Assembly (NCBI GenBank): GCA_027491435.1
Contig: JAOZFG010000029.1
Coordinates: forward strand, 1-53,029
Source: Thermoproteota archaeon
GTDB lineage: Archaea > Korarchaeota > Korarchaeia > Korarchaeales > Korarchaeaceae
Length of the DNA stretch: 53,029 nucleotides
Direction of reading: 5' to 3'
The notes under the pieces are model-generated. The model made no database searches. It saw nothing but the letters and a program-made list of their open reading frames with translations, and was not told the origin of the DNA. Position 1 is the stretch's first letter; each line of letters begins with the position of its first letter. The position numbers and the translations under genes are program-made. Shown one piece after another: positions 8,398 through 16,883 of the stretch.

Positions 8398-9756
8398 TTA
8401 GACCCTTCCCGTCATTATGGCGTAGGCCCTCCCATATACAATTATCTCTTGGACGTGCAATCCAACAGGGCACGTCTGTGAACACGAGCCACAGAGCACG
8501 CATGAGTAGAGCCTGTCCAGGACTTTCTCCGAGCTGAGGGGTTCTCCCCTAACGAGAGCATTTATCAAGGTCATCCTACCCCTGGCACTCCTGCTTTCCA
8601 GCCTGTCCAGGGCCTGAGCTGTGGGGCAGACTGCATTGCAGAAGCCGCACTTCTTGCAGAGGTCAGTGTATTCCCTTAGCCTCTCCCCCAAGTTGGAGAG
8701 GTCCCACCTGAGGGTATCGGGTAGCACCTTGTACTCCTTGAAAGATACCTCTTGGGGCCCTTCGAACTCTAACCTGTTCCTAAAGGCCTCTGCCACGAGG
8801 GAAGCTAGATCCAATACATCCATCTTTATGGAGAGGTCATCAAACCCGACCCTGAGCATCATAATGCAGGCGGGACAAGACGTGAGGGTTAGAGAAGCTC
8901 CAGTCTCAGCTAGCTCCTTAACCCTCTCGTAGGACACCTTCCTAGCCAGCTCTGGTTGAGTCAGCTCCAAACCACCATCTCCACTGCAACCCGTGTTCAC
9001 CCCGTGCCTCTCGGGCTCGATTAGCTCCACCCCATCCAGCCTGGACAGCACATATCTTACCTCGTCCACGACTCCCATGACCCTGGCTAGGTAGCAGGGG
9101 TCGTGGTAAGTGACCCTGACCTTCCTCCTCAAGCTGGCTTTAGCTCCAGTCTCGGCCATCCTCCTGGCTACCACTTGGACGAAGTGCTCCACCTTCACGT
9201 TGAACTCGGTGAACACGGGGTAATAGTGCTTAAAGGCCGTAGCGGCTATAGGATCTAGCGTTATAATTTTGCTCACTCCGAGCTCCCTGAACTTGGCCGC
9301 CACCTCGCTGGCGTACCTCTTGAAGTCCTCCAGTAAGCCATAAGTGTGGAGAGCTATTCCAGAGGGAGGTTCGTCCTCGTACAGGTAGCCAAACTTAACG
9401 TCTAACTTCTTGAGGACGTAAACGGCGTCCTTTAACGCCTTCTCATACCTAGAGTTCAGAGAGGACCAAGAAGCTCTGGCTACTACCCTGTAGATTCCCA
9501 ACTTCTTGAAGAGAGGTGCCACCTTAGCCATGGAGTTCAAGTCTAGCTTGAGCCTGCTCATCATCCTGAAGGCCCCTTCTGCGTATCCCATGATCGGATA
9601 AACTTCGCCAGCGTAGAAGATGGTTCCATTAACTGGACCTCTAGGCAAGTCAAGGCCTTTAGCCCACCTCACCCTCTCTTTGGGGCCTAGGCCTAAAACA
9701 TCCCCCTCACGCTCGGTGTTCTCGGAGGCCATCAAGACTACGGGGGGAACTACCAA
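8398..9756 (-). CDS. GlcF/HdrD-like Fe-S protein with permuted domain order (CCG domains N-terminal, 2x[4Fe-4S] ferredoxin C-terminal)
   Basis: YHDPCYLAR, TGCSGDGG, TSCPAC; C-terminal CKKCGFCNAVCP, SARGR, CVLCGSCSQTCP; ends 1 nt before the glcD start. Confidence 0.85.
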   Translation of the reverse strand: MVVPPVVLMASENTEREGDVLGLGPKERVRWAKGLDLPRGPVNGTIFYAGEVYPIMGYAEGAFRMMSRLKLDLNSMAKVAPLFKKLGIYRVVARASWSSLNSRYEKALKDAVYVLKKLDVKFGYLYEDEPPSGIALHTYGLLEDFKRYASEVAAKFRELGVSKIITLDPIAATAFKHYYPVFTEFNVKVEHFVQVVARRMAETGAKASLRRKVRVTYHDPCYLARVMGVVDEVRYVLSRLDGVELIEPERHGVNTGCSGDGGLELTQPELARKVSYERVKELAETGASLTLTSCPACIMMLRVGFDDLSIKMDVLDLASLVAEAFRNRLEFEGPQEVSFKEYKVLPDTLRWDLSNLGERLREYTDLCKKCGFCNAVCPTAQALDRLESRSARGRMTLINALVRGEPLSSEKVLDRLYSCVLCGSCSQTCPVGLHVQEIIVYGRAYAIMTGRV

Positions 9757-9797
9757 ACGATCACCACCTTTATGGGAGGAACCTACTAATTACCTTG

Positions 9798-10349
9798 ATG
9801 AGCCCCTCCAGAAGTGACGTTTCCATAAGCAAGAGGCTCACCCTTGTTTTAAGGCACAAACCTGAATTGCTGGACTTGAAGCCCGATGAGAGGGGCTACG
9901 TTAACTTGAACGAGCTGCTTAAATCCTTCGAGAGAAAGTGGAGCATCCCAGCTGAGAGGGTCATGAAGGTCCTCCTCTCAGATCAGGAGAGGTTTGAGGT
10001 TGTGGATGAGAAGGTCAGGGCTAGATATGGCCACAGCTTTCCGGTAGAACCTGGGGAGCCTTTAAATCCAGAGGAGGTTCCGGAGACGTTGTACCACGGG
10101 ACTGTAGAGTCATCCTGGCGTAGGATAGCTGAGGAGGGAATAAAGCCCATGAGCAGGGCCTTTGTCCACCTGTCTTTAACGGCAAAGAGGGCCCTTCAGG
10201 TGGCCTCCAGGAGGAGGGGAAGGAGGATCATCCTCGTGATAGACGGCAAAGAGTTGGCAAAAAGGCGCGGGGTTTGGAGGGCGTCTAAGCTAGTTTACCT
10301 GACGGACTACGTGCCCCCTGAGCTAATAAAAAAGGTGGTTTATATGTAG
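9798..10349 (+). CDS. kptA: RNA 2'-phosphotransferase KptA/Tpt1
   Basis: SKRLTLVLRH, RF...RARYGHS, LYHGT, GIKPMSR.FVHLS. Confidence 0.92.
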   Translation: MSPSRSDVSISKRLTLVLRHKPELLDLKPDERGYVNLNELLKSFERKWSIPAERVMKVLLSDQERFEVVDEKVRARYGHSFPVEPGEPLNPEEVPETLYHGTVESSWRRIAEEGIKPMSRAFVHLSLTAKRALQVASRRRGRRIILVIDGKELAKRRGVWRASKLVYLTDYVPPELIKKVVYM

Positions 10350-10549
10350 CCCAAGGACCTGAGCCTCTCCTTTATCTCCTCCTCTTCCTCCTTGGTGTAG
10401 GTCTCCTCCTCCCTATCCCCCAGGGCCTCCCTTAGCAGGAACTCGACCAGTTCGTCAACTGATGAGAACTCATCAGTGCTGTCCACGAGCTCCTTGGCCT
10501 TGTCGTATAGGGGCTTGGGCACCTGTACACAGATTTTATCATCGGCCAT
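10340..10549 (-). CDS. Small ribbon-helix-helix (CopG-like) protein
   Basis: Strand-helix-helix pattern (VQVPKPLYDK...FSSVDELVEFLLREAL) and C-terminal EEEIKERLRSLGYI; GGTGA SD. Confidence 0.75.
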   Translation of the reverse strand: MADDKICVQVPKPLYDKAKELVDSTDEFSSVDELVEFLLREALGDREEETYTKEEEEEIKERLRSLGYI

Positions 10550-10587
10550 AGTATCACCGGGTATCCCGTCGCCCCCACTAAATAAGT

Positions 10588-11727
10588 TTAGGTCATGGAC
10601 CTGTGTAGCAGGATCAGGGCCATGAGCTCTAGGATCACCGAGGCTGCGATGCCCAGGGGCGTTGAGGCTAAGTCAATTGCCATTCCGAACAGCACGCCGC
10701 TGATCAGAAAGCCGAGGCCGTACATAGTGTTGAAGATGCCGTAAGCAGTTCCCCTGAGCTCCGGGCCCACTAGATCGCCTACGGCTGCCCTGTAGACAGA
10801 TTCCTGCATGCCCAGTATGAGTCCATATAGGGCGGATGCCACTAGCAAGTTCTGAATGTCCCCTACCAACGTCAAAGCAGTGGGAATGGGGGAAAGGAGG
10901 AAGGGGACGTACAGCACGGACCTGCCGAACCTGTCGTAGGCGTGGCCTACTAGGGGAGAGGAGATTGCGTCCACCAGCTGTACTAGGACATAAGTGAAGG
11001 CCGCGGCCCAGCCGGCCATGACGCCAGAGACTCTGTATAGGAGAAGAGATACGTGAACCAAGCCAGCTGCGTTTAGGGCTACGGACAGCGAGTAAATTAA
11101 GAAGTTCCTGGGCATGGACCTCCACTCAACTTTCCTGCCCTTCAGCTCGGGTATATCCACGTCGTAACCTTTGTAGGCCAGCAAGGCAGCTACAACCAGT
11201 AAGACGTAGGGTACGAAAAGCACCGAGTAGGCCATCTTGTAGTCGTTTCTAGTGAGTAGGATCCACCCCAGGACTGCTGGACCTGCCACAGCCCCTATCT
11301 GATCTAGAAGCTCGTGGAGACCGAAGACCTTACCCCTCTTCTCCGATACCATGGAGAGCAGCGTGTCCCTGGCCGGAGACCTTATCGCTTTTGCAACCCG
11401 CTCCACCACTATGAGGAGTATCGCCAACTGCCAAGAGTTGACGAACGCCATCATAGGTATGGATATTATCAGGAAGTAGCCAGCGAAGTACAGAGGCCAG
11501 TAGGCCCTCTTGTAGTCAGCTACTACCCCACTGATCAGCCTTAAGGAGAGCCCTATGAACTCGCTTAATCCCATGGCCGCCCCTACCACTAGGGCTGATG
11601 CCCCCAAGCTTTCCAGGAATGGGGGAGTTATCCCCCTGGCTCCCTCATATATCACGTCGCCTATGAGCGACACTAGGCCGAACAGCAGGACTATCCTGTA
11701 CTTCCGACTCACACGTCGGGTGGCCAC
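10588..11727 (-). CDS. MFS transporter
   Basis: ~12 hydrophobic segments; SLIGDVIYEG, KAIRSPARD, RGKVFGLHELLDQIGA, RGTAYGIF. Confidence 0.9.
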   Translation of the reverse strand: MATRRVSRKYRIVLLFGLVSLIGDVIYEGARGITPPFLESLGASALVVGAAMGLSEFIGLSLRLISGVVADYKRAYWPLYFAGYFLIISIPMMAFVNSWQLAILLIVVERVAKAIRSPARDTLLSMVSEKRGKVFGLHELLDQIGAVAGPAVLGWILLTRNDYKMAYSVLFVPYVLLVVAALLAYKGYDVDIPELKGRKVEWRSMPRNFLIYSLSVALNAAGLVHVSLLLYRVSGVMAGWAAAFTYVLVQLVDAISSPLVGHAYDRFGRSVLYVPFLLSPIPTALTLVGDIQNLLVASALYGLILGMQESVYRAAVGDLVGPELRGTAYGIFNTMYGLGFLISGVLFGMAIDLASTPLGIAASVILELMALILLHRSMT

Positions 11728-11759
11728 TGGTTAAATAGAACCTTTCCGCCCCACCACAT

Positions 11760-14210
11760 GTGAGCAGGTCATTGACTCTGGGACTGCTGGTCCTGCTGAT
11801 GATCTCAGCAACCTTGGCCAACTGTGCAGACGTGACTTTTATGGTCTACGACATGCCCAAGGAGGTTACAGCGGGGGATAACGTAACAATAAGGGTTGAA
11901 CTGGGAAACCAGCGCCCAGAAGAGGTGAAAGGAATTGTTAGAGTTGCCCTATCTGGCTACGGAACCTTCAGGGTGCTCACGGATGAAGGGGTCTCATTGA
12001 GCCCTAACAGCGTGAACATGTTCAAGGTGAAGTTCACAATACCAGAGGACTTAGTCCCAGGCTACTACAGGCTCAGGGTATACTTCATGGGAGGAGACTT
12101 CAACAGAACCTTATCTAGCGAGGTTTTAGTAGCTCCCAGCGTAAAGGATTTAGCTGAATTGTCCATAAGGCTGTCCAAACTGGATTCCGTCATAAATGAA
12201 GTTGCAAGGGTTCTTTCTGAGGATCCGGAAGTCCAGGAGATGCTTCATGAGAGGGATTCCACAGCCGAGAGTTTCAAGGAGCTTGTAAACCTAGTCCTAT
12301 CCAAGAGAAATGCTTCTAGGGCCTTAAGCCTTTACGAGAGCGTTAAGATGTCCATAAATAATCTGGAGAATAAGGTAAATGAGGTATATGACATCAAGCT
12401 GGTTCTCTGGTCCATGTCCGAAGAGGTGGACGCCAGCTTAAGGCTGTCCAAGGGAGTCTCTGTGGAGTTTTGGGCCAAGGTCCTCTCAGCCTCCGTCTGG
12501 ATCCTGATAATATTGTTGATAATGTTTCCGCTTTATTCCACGGGGTACATGAGCCTGGCTCTAGCTTTGGCTAGTGAGATCAGGGAAGGTGTTGAGGAGG
12601 AGGCCCTGATAGATGAGATAAAAGAGAAGTCCTCTAGTATGCTGGTGAGGGCCTTTAACGAGATGAGGGAGGTCTCTACAACCAGGGCCATGATAATGAT
12701 AGCCTTAGCAGGGGCCCTGGCCTCGGTCGGGCTGATGGCCGACAACATTACTGCGATAATAGGTTCCATGCTCCTCTCCCCCTTAATGAGCGCCTTCGTG
12801 GCCAGCGCCATTGGGTTAGCTCTGATAGACGTTGAGGAGAGTGTGAGCGGTTTAGACCTCTTCTATGGAGGGCTCAAGAACGGGATAATAGGTACTGCCA
12901 TGGTGATAGGCCTCTCCTGGCTTACAGCCCTATTGGCCAAAGCCTTCGTCCCGTTGCAGATGACCTCCCAGTTAGCTGCCAGAAGCAGCCCTAACATGTC
13001 TGACTTGGTGATAGCCCTAGGCGCCGGGTTTGCTGGCTCAGTGGCCATGCTACACGAGAAAGGCGAATCTGCTTTAGTTGGGTCGGCGATAGCAATTGCT
13101 CTAGTGCCTCCAGCCTCTGCCGTCGGCGTTGGTCTGGCTATGGGAAGCCCTTCAGTCACAGTAGGTTCCTTCTCCCTGTTGACGGTCAACATCATCTCGC
13201 TGATAACTGCAGGATACATCTCAGCCAGAATATACGCCTTAGTCCCAATAGTTAGGTTAGTCTTCGAGGGGATTAATCCACCTGAAGGTGACAGCATACT
13301 AGAGAGAGTGGTTAGGTTCCTAGGAGACGTGTTAATCAAAGCCTCAGAGGTGTCCTTAGCCTGGCTTAAGGTAGCCTTCCTCGGAATATACTTTAAGGCC
13401 ACTGGATTCGTTGAATCCCTCAAGGCCCTAATAAGTCGTATTTACCACATAGCGACTCCCATAGTCCTCTCACTGGCCCTAGGCGCCCTTATATCAACCG
13501 ACGTCTCCCTAGCCTTCTCCTTACCGTTTTGGCCACTCGTAAGGCTAGCTGATGCAATCAACTCGGTGATCAAACTGAAGCCCTTGCTGGGCCCTTACTG
13601 GAACGAGTTTGTATTCCTGTTACTGGCTACCACTTCACTGTTATCCTTCAGACACCTTTACTACGAAGTTCCCAAGGCCAGAGATGGGAGTAGGCGCTCC
13701 TTAGCCAGGGTGATCACCTACGCCTTCGTGCTGTGGATGAGCTCGGGCTACCTCTTGGGAGCCCACAAGTTCCCGAGGGTTGCAGCTGTCCTCTTCCTGA
13801 TCATGTTCTCGGCGCTTCTGGTCACTACTAACAAGAGGTTATGGGAGAACAGGAAGAAGGTAGCCCTTCTGGGCTTCATAGTTCTCGTCCTCCTGACCAT
13901 AACGATACACAGCGCTATGGCCTTCGAAAAGGCCAGGATCTACGAGACCATCAAATCTAAGGGCTTCCGAGATCTAGTCAGGGGAATTGTGGCCTCCTAC
14001 GCCGGGCTGAGAATTAATGAGGTGCAAGTCAACGTCACAGTTCAGGAGGGCAAGTGGATAGTTCTGGCCCAAATACTGGTGCCCGAGAGTCGGTTTAAAG
14101 GCGACGTAGTGATGACCAGTGAAGTTGTTAAGGCGGCTGAAATGACGATAAGGCGTGCTGTAGGTGAGGATGTAGTGCTCAGAGTTCACTACGTGATAAT
14201 ACCTTCCTAG
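11760..14210 (+). CDS. Large DUF389/TIGR00341-domain membrane protein with N-terminal secreted Ig-like domain
   Basis: Signal peptide, beta-rich domain (PGYYRLRV), coiled coil, then DUF389 core (GL.ADN...IIGSMLLSPL, RSSPN..DL.IAL.AG, VGSAIAIALVPP), extra TM helices. Confidence 0.75.
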   Translation: MSRSLTLGLLVLLMISATLANCADVTFMVYDMPKEVTAGDNVTIRVELGNQRPEEVKGIVRVALSGYGTFRVLTDEGVSLSPNSVNMFKVKFTIPEDLVPGYYRLRVYFMGGDFNRTLSSEVLVAPSVKDLAELSIRLSKLDSVINEVARVLSEDPEVQEMLHERDSTAESFKELVNLVLSKRNASRALSLYESVKMSINNLENKVNEVYDIKLVLWSMSEEVDASLRLSKGVSVEFWAKVLSASVWILIILLIMFPLYSTGYMSLALALASEIREGVEEEALIDEIKEKSSSMLVRAFNEMREVSTTRAMIMIALAGALASVGLMADNITAIIGSMLLSPLMSAFVASAIGLALIDVEESVSGLDLFYGGLKNGIIGTAMVIGLSWLTALLAKAFVPLQMTSQLAARSSPNMSDLVIALGAGFAGSVAMLHEKGESALVGSAIAIALVPPASAVGVGLAMGSPSVTVGSFSLLTVNIISLITAGYISARIYALVPIVRLVFEGINPPEGDSILERVVRFLGDVLIKASEVSLAWLKVAFLGIYFKATGFVESLKALISRIYHIATPIVLSLALGALISTDVSLAFSLPFWPLVRLADAINSVIKLKPLLGPYWNEFVFLLLATTSLLSFRHLYYEVPKARDGSRRSLARVITYAFVLWMSSGYLLGAHKFPRVAAVLFLIMFSALLVTTNKRLWENRKKVALLGFIVLVLLTITIHSAMAFEKARIYETIKSKGFRDLVRGIVASYAGLRINEVQVNVTVQEGKWIVLAQILVPESRFKGDVVMTSEVVKAAEMTIRRAVGEDVVLRVHYVIIPS

Positions 14211-14297
14211 CTAGGCCTGGCAGAGCGCGGAGCGTAAGGGCTACGGAGTGGAACTTCGTGTGGGTTACCTTATACCCCTCAAACGTGGGGTAACTAG

Positions 14298-15191
14298 ATG
14301 TTAGTTTACGAGAGTGTGGAGGAGCCTGAAGTTGTCGGCGGTGAGGGGCTCATATACCTGGCGACTAGGGTCTCCAGGAAAGTAGGCGGACCCGAGGAGA
14401 TAGCTGAAGAGCTTAACGACGTGAGCAGGGTTAGGAGGCTCCTAAGGATGGTAGTGAAGGCGGGGCACTTCTCCGTCTTGGAGCACTCTCTGGTGAGGCT
14501 GAGGGTCAAGGCAGACTGGGGAAAGCTGGCACAGCTCCTCTTCAGGTACAAGTACTTGGAGGTTAGCCACGAAGGGAACCTCTTATTGATCTCGTTGAAC
14601 CCTAGAACCGCTCTAGAGATGCTGAACGACCCCAGGGAGGAGGTCAGGAGGCTGGCCAGGATGGCTTTAAAGGGTTTCCCCATAATAGGGGAGGCAGTGG
14701 GGATTAGCTCGGGGGAGAGGCCTAAGCTGGACGTCAGCTTTAGGAAGCTGTCTGAAAGCCCCCTGGTCTACTCATTCGTGGTGGAGCCTTACACACCTGA
14801 GGTACACGGCTTTTACGCCTTCTGGGCTGAGATGTCCAGGGTTGCCTCGCACCAGTTCGTAAGGCATCGAAGGCTGAGCTATACCCAGCGTTCAGGCAGG
14901 TACACCAGGCCTGACGGGTTCGTGCTCCCTGAGGTCGGTGATGAGGCTTTGAAGGTCATGAGGGAGCAATGCGTTAAGTCGTATGAGGTCTACGAGAAGT
15001 TGCTGAGGATGGGGCTGAGGAGGGAAGATGCCAGGTACGTGCTACCCGCAGCTTTAAAAACCGCTTTATTCGTCAGCGGCAGGCAGTCTGACTGGAACCA
15101 CTTCTTGAAACTCAGAACCGACGTGCACGCTCAGGAGGAGATAAGGAGGATCGCCTTGATAATAGCCGAGGCTGTGGGGTGGAGGAGGTAA
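14298..15191 (+). CDS. thyX: Flavin-dependent thymidylate synthase ThyX
   Basis: GHFSVLEH, SRVASHQFVRHRRLSYTQRSGRY (RHRx7S), REDARYVLP, HFLKLR...HAQEEIR. Confidence 0.92.
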   Translation: MLVYESVEEPEVVGGEGLIYLATRVSRKVGGPEEIAEELNDVSRVRRLLRMVVKAGHFSVLEHSLVRLRVKADWGKLAQLLFRYKYLEVSHEGNLLLISLNPRTALEMLNDPREEVRRLARMALKGFPIIGEAVGISSGERPKLDVSFRKLSESPLVYSFVVEPYTPEVHGFYAFWAEMSRVASHQFVRHRRLSYTQRSGRYTRPDGFVLPEVGDEALKVMREQCVKSYEVYEKLLRMGLRREDARYVLPAALKTALFVSGRQSDWNHFLKLRTDVHAQEEIRRIALIIAEAVGWRR

Positions 15192-15322
15192 AGAAAGTTT
15201 TACGCTTCTGTTGTAGATGGAAGCTTCAGAACGAGGTTCAACGCCTCACGGCCATTAACAATGAGCCCTGTCATGACAACAGCCCATGTAATCGTTAAAA
15301 GATTCACCTGTCAAAAGGGAGG

Positions 15323-16123
15323 ATGAAGCTAAATCACTCGCGCATCAGGGAAGTGGCCTCCGTAATAAGGGAGATATCCCCGGAGAGGGAGGAATACGTG
15401 GGCGAGCTCTTCCCAAGCCCAGACGACGATCCAACCCTGCAGAAATACTTCTTCTTGGCGATGGTCTCCATAGACCACAGGACTAGATCGCTCTACCCCT
15501 ATGAGGCGATCATCAACGGGAAGAGGTACTTTGGATCAGAGCTCCTCTACAGGAAGGGGATGTTGATATACGAGAGGGACCCCCAATTCTTCCTGCCTGA
15601 GAGGCTTAAGGAGCTGCCCGGAGACCCCCTCCTAGACCTCCTGTTGATGGATCCGCCCCTCTGGGACATGCACGTGAGGACCCTCCTCCTGAAGGATCTG
15701 GGCGTTAAACTTCACCAGAAGGGCTTGAACTACTACATGGAGAAGCCCAAGCGACTAAAGGAGATCAGAGCTTACGAAGACCCTGTGGAGAAGAAAATTT
15801 ACCTGCTAATAAAGTTCTTGGAGGGCAGGGGGCTCATAAGCTACGAGGGGGAGAGGCACGTCGCCGTGGACAATCACCTAACTAGGCTGGCCCTGATGTC
15901 AGGGATAGTGGAGTACACCCCTCCAGGTTGGGAGGTGAGTAGGGAGGAGGACGTATCCATCAGGATGGCGGTGAGGGAGGCCTGGGACAGGGTAGCCCGC
16001 CTAGCGGGGGTGGACCCGTTTGCATTGGACGACTACTTATGGAGGTTGGGGAGGCAGGGCGAATGCCCCTTCTGCGTCAAAGAGGTTAAGGAGCACGTCC
16101 ACCTCCTCACTTGGTACTACTAA
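15323..16123 (+). CDS. Qng1/DUF2419 (queuosine-salvage)-like nucleotide N-glycosylase homolog
   Basis: Ordered motifs DPVEKKIYL, VAVDNHLTR, EEDVSIR, LDDYLW, EHVHLLTWYY-COOH resemble the Qng1/HhH-glycosylase-like pattern as I recall it. Confidence 0.55.
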   Translation: MKLNHSRIREVASVIREISPEREEYVGELFPSPDDDPTLQKYFFLAMVSIDHRTRSLYPYEAIINGKRYFGSELLYRKGMLIYERDPQFFLPERLKELPGDPLLDLLLMDPPLWDMHVRTLLLKDLGVKLHQKGLNYYMEKPKRLKEIRAYEDPVEKKIYLLIKFLEGRGLISYEGERHVAVDNHLTRLALMSGIVEYTPPGWEVSREEDVSIRMAVREAWDRVARLAGVDPFALDDYLWRLGRQGECPFCVKEVKEHVHLLTWYY

Positions 16124-16883
16124 GGGCCCTCCTTCCCTTTCTTGTTAGCCTTATCGAGCTTCCTTGATCCATCCTCTTGATTCGAACCAACCCCTCAGAT
16201 TCCAGCCTGTTCAACCTACGCCACAAAGTGCTTTTAGGCACTTCCAGCTCCTTTCTCAGCTCGCTGGCGCTCTTCTCCCTGTGCTCCAATGAGAAAAGGA
16301 TTGACCTGTCCAGCTCGTCTAGATCCACCCTGACCTGCCTTCTGAGAGCCCAGATCAGCAGGATTAGCGAGGCAATCGCTAGGATCAGCAGATAGATTGG
16401 GAAATCATTACTTGAGGGCCTCTCAAGCACCACGTAGTCCAAGCTGAAGGGAGACTCCATTAAGAGCACAAGGCCCCCTTCGGAGTCTCGTATCTCCAGG
16501 GGAAGGTCGCTCATGCCGACGATCCAGACCTTCTTGGGAAGCCTGACCTCAACGAGGCCGATGCTCTCGTTGACCGTTAATGTCCAGACCTTTCCTACCT
16601 TGCTTGTGAGCGCCTGTGTTTCGTAGGTAACGTTAACCTCTCCTGAGAGGGCCTCCACCAACAGGTAACCGTCGCTTAGGTTATAATCCAGGGGACCCGT
16701 CCTGTCGGTCACCATAATCATTTCAGGCTCTCCCAGAAGCTTCACCGCTGTCAGGTTGTCTGCCTCAACGAGCTGGGAGACCAGGCACCACCCGTCGTGA
16801 TAAACCCTTATGATCGGGTGAGCTGAAACCTCCGTGAAGGCCAGAAAAATTATGATAAGGGAGGCCTTAGCCCCTGTACTCAT
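16107..16883 (-). CDS. Membrane-anchored winged-helix transcriptional regulator (extracellular N-domain, one TM, C-terminal wHTH; COG2512-like)
   Basis: Signal peptide (..VSA/HP), beta-rich domain with N-x-S/T sequons, TM IYLLILAIASLILLIWAL-RR, wHTH SASELRKELEVPKSTLWRRLNRLESEGLV...IRLTRKG. Confidence 0.8.
   Translation of the reverse strand: MSTGAKASLIIIFLAFTEVSAHPIIRVYHDGWCLVSQLVEADNLTAVKLLGEPEMIMVTDRTGPLDYNLSDGYLLVEALSGEVNVTYETQALTSKVGKVWTLTVNESIGLVEVRLPKKVWIVGMSDLPLEIRDSEGGLVLLMESPFSLDYVVLERPSSNDFPIYLLILAIASLILLIWALRRQVRVDLDELDRSILFSLEHREKSASELRKELEVPKSTLWRRLNRLESEGLVRIKRMDQGSSIRLTRKGRRALSSTK

Noticed and set aside
9798-10549. KptA plus RHH as a toxin-antitoxin pair
   Set aside because: The genes are convergent rather than operonic, and KptA/Tpt1 is a widespread housekeeping enzyme in archaea.
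15233-15261. preQ1-I riboswitch resemblance (GAGGTTC...CCTC...TTAACAA)
   Set aside because: Loop too short, no A-rich tail directly after P1, no pseudoknot; kept only as a generic structured leader.
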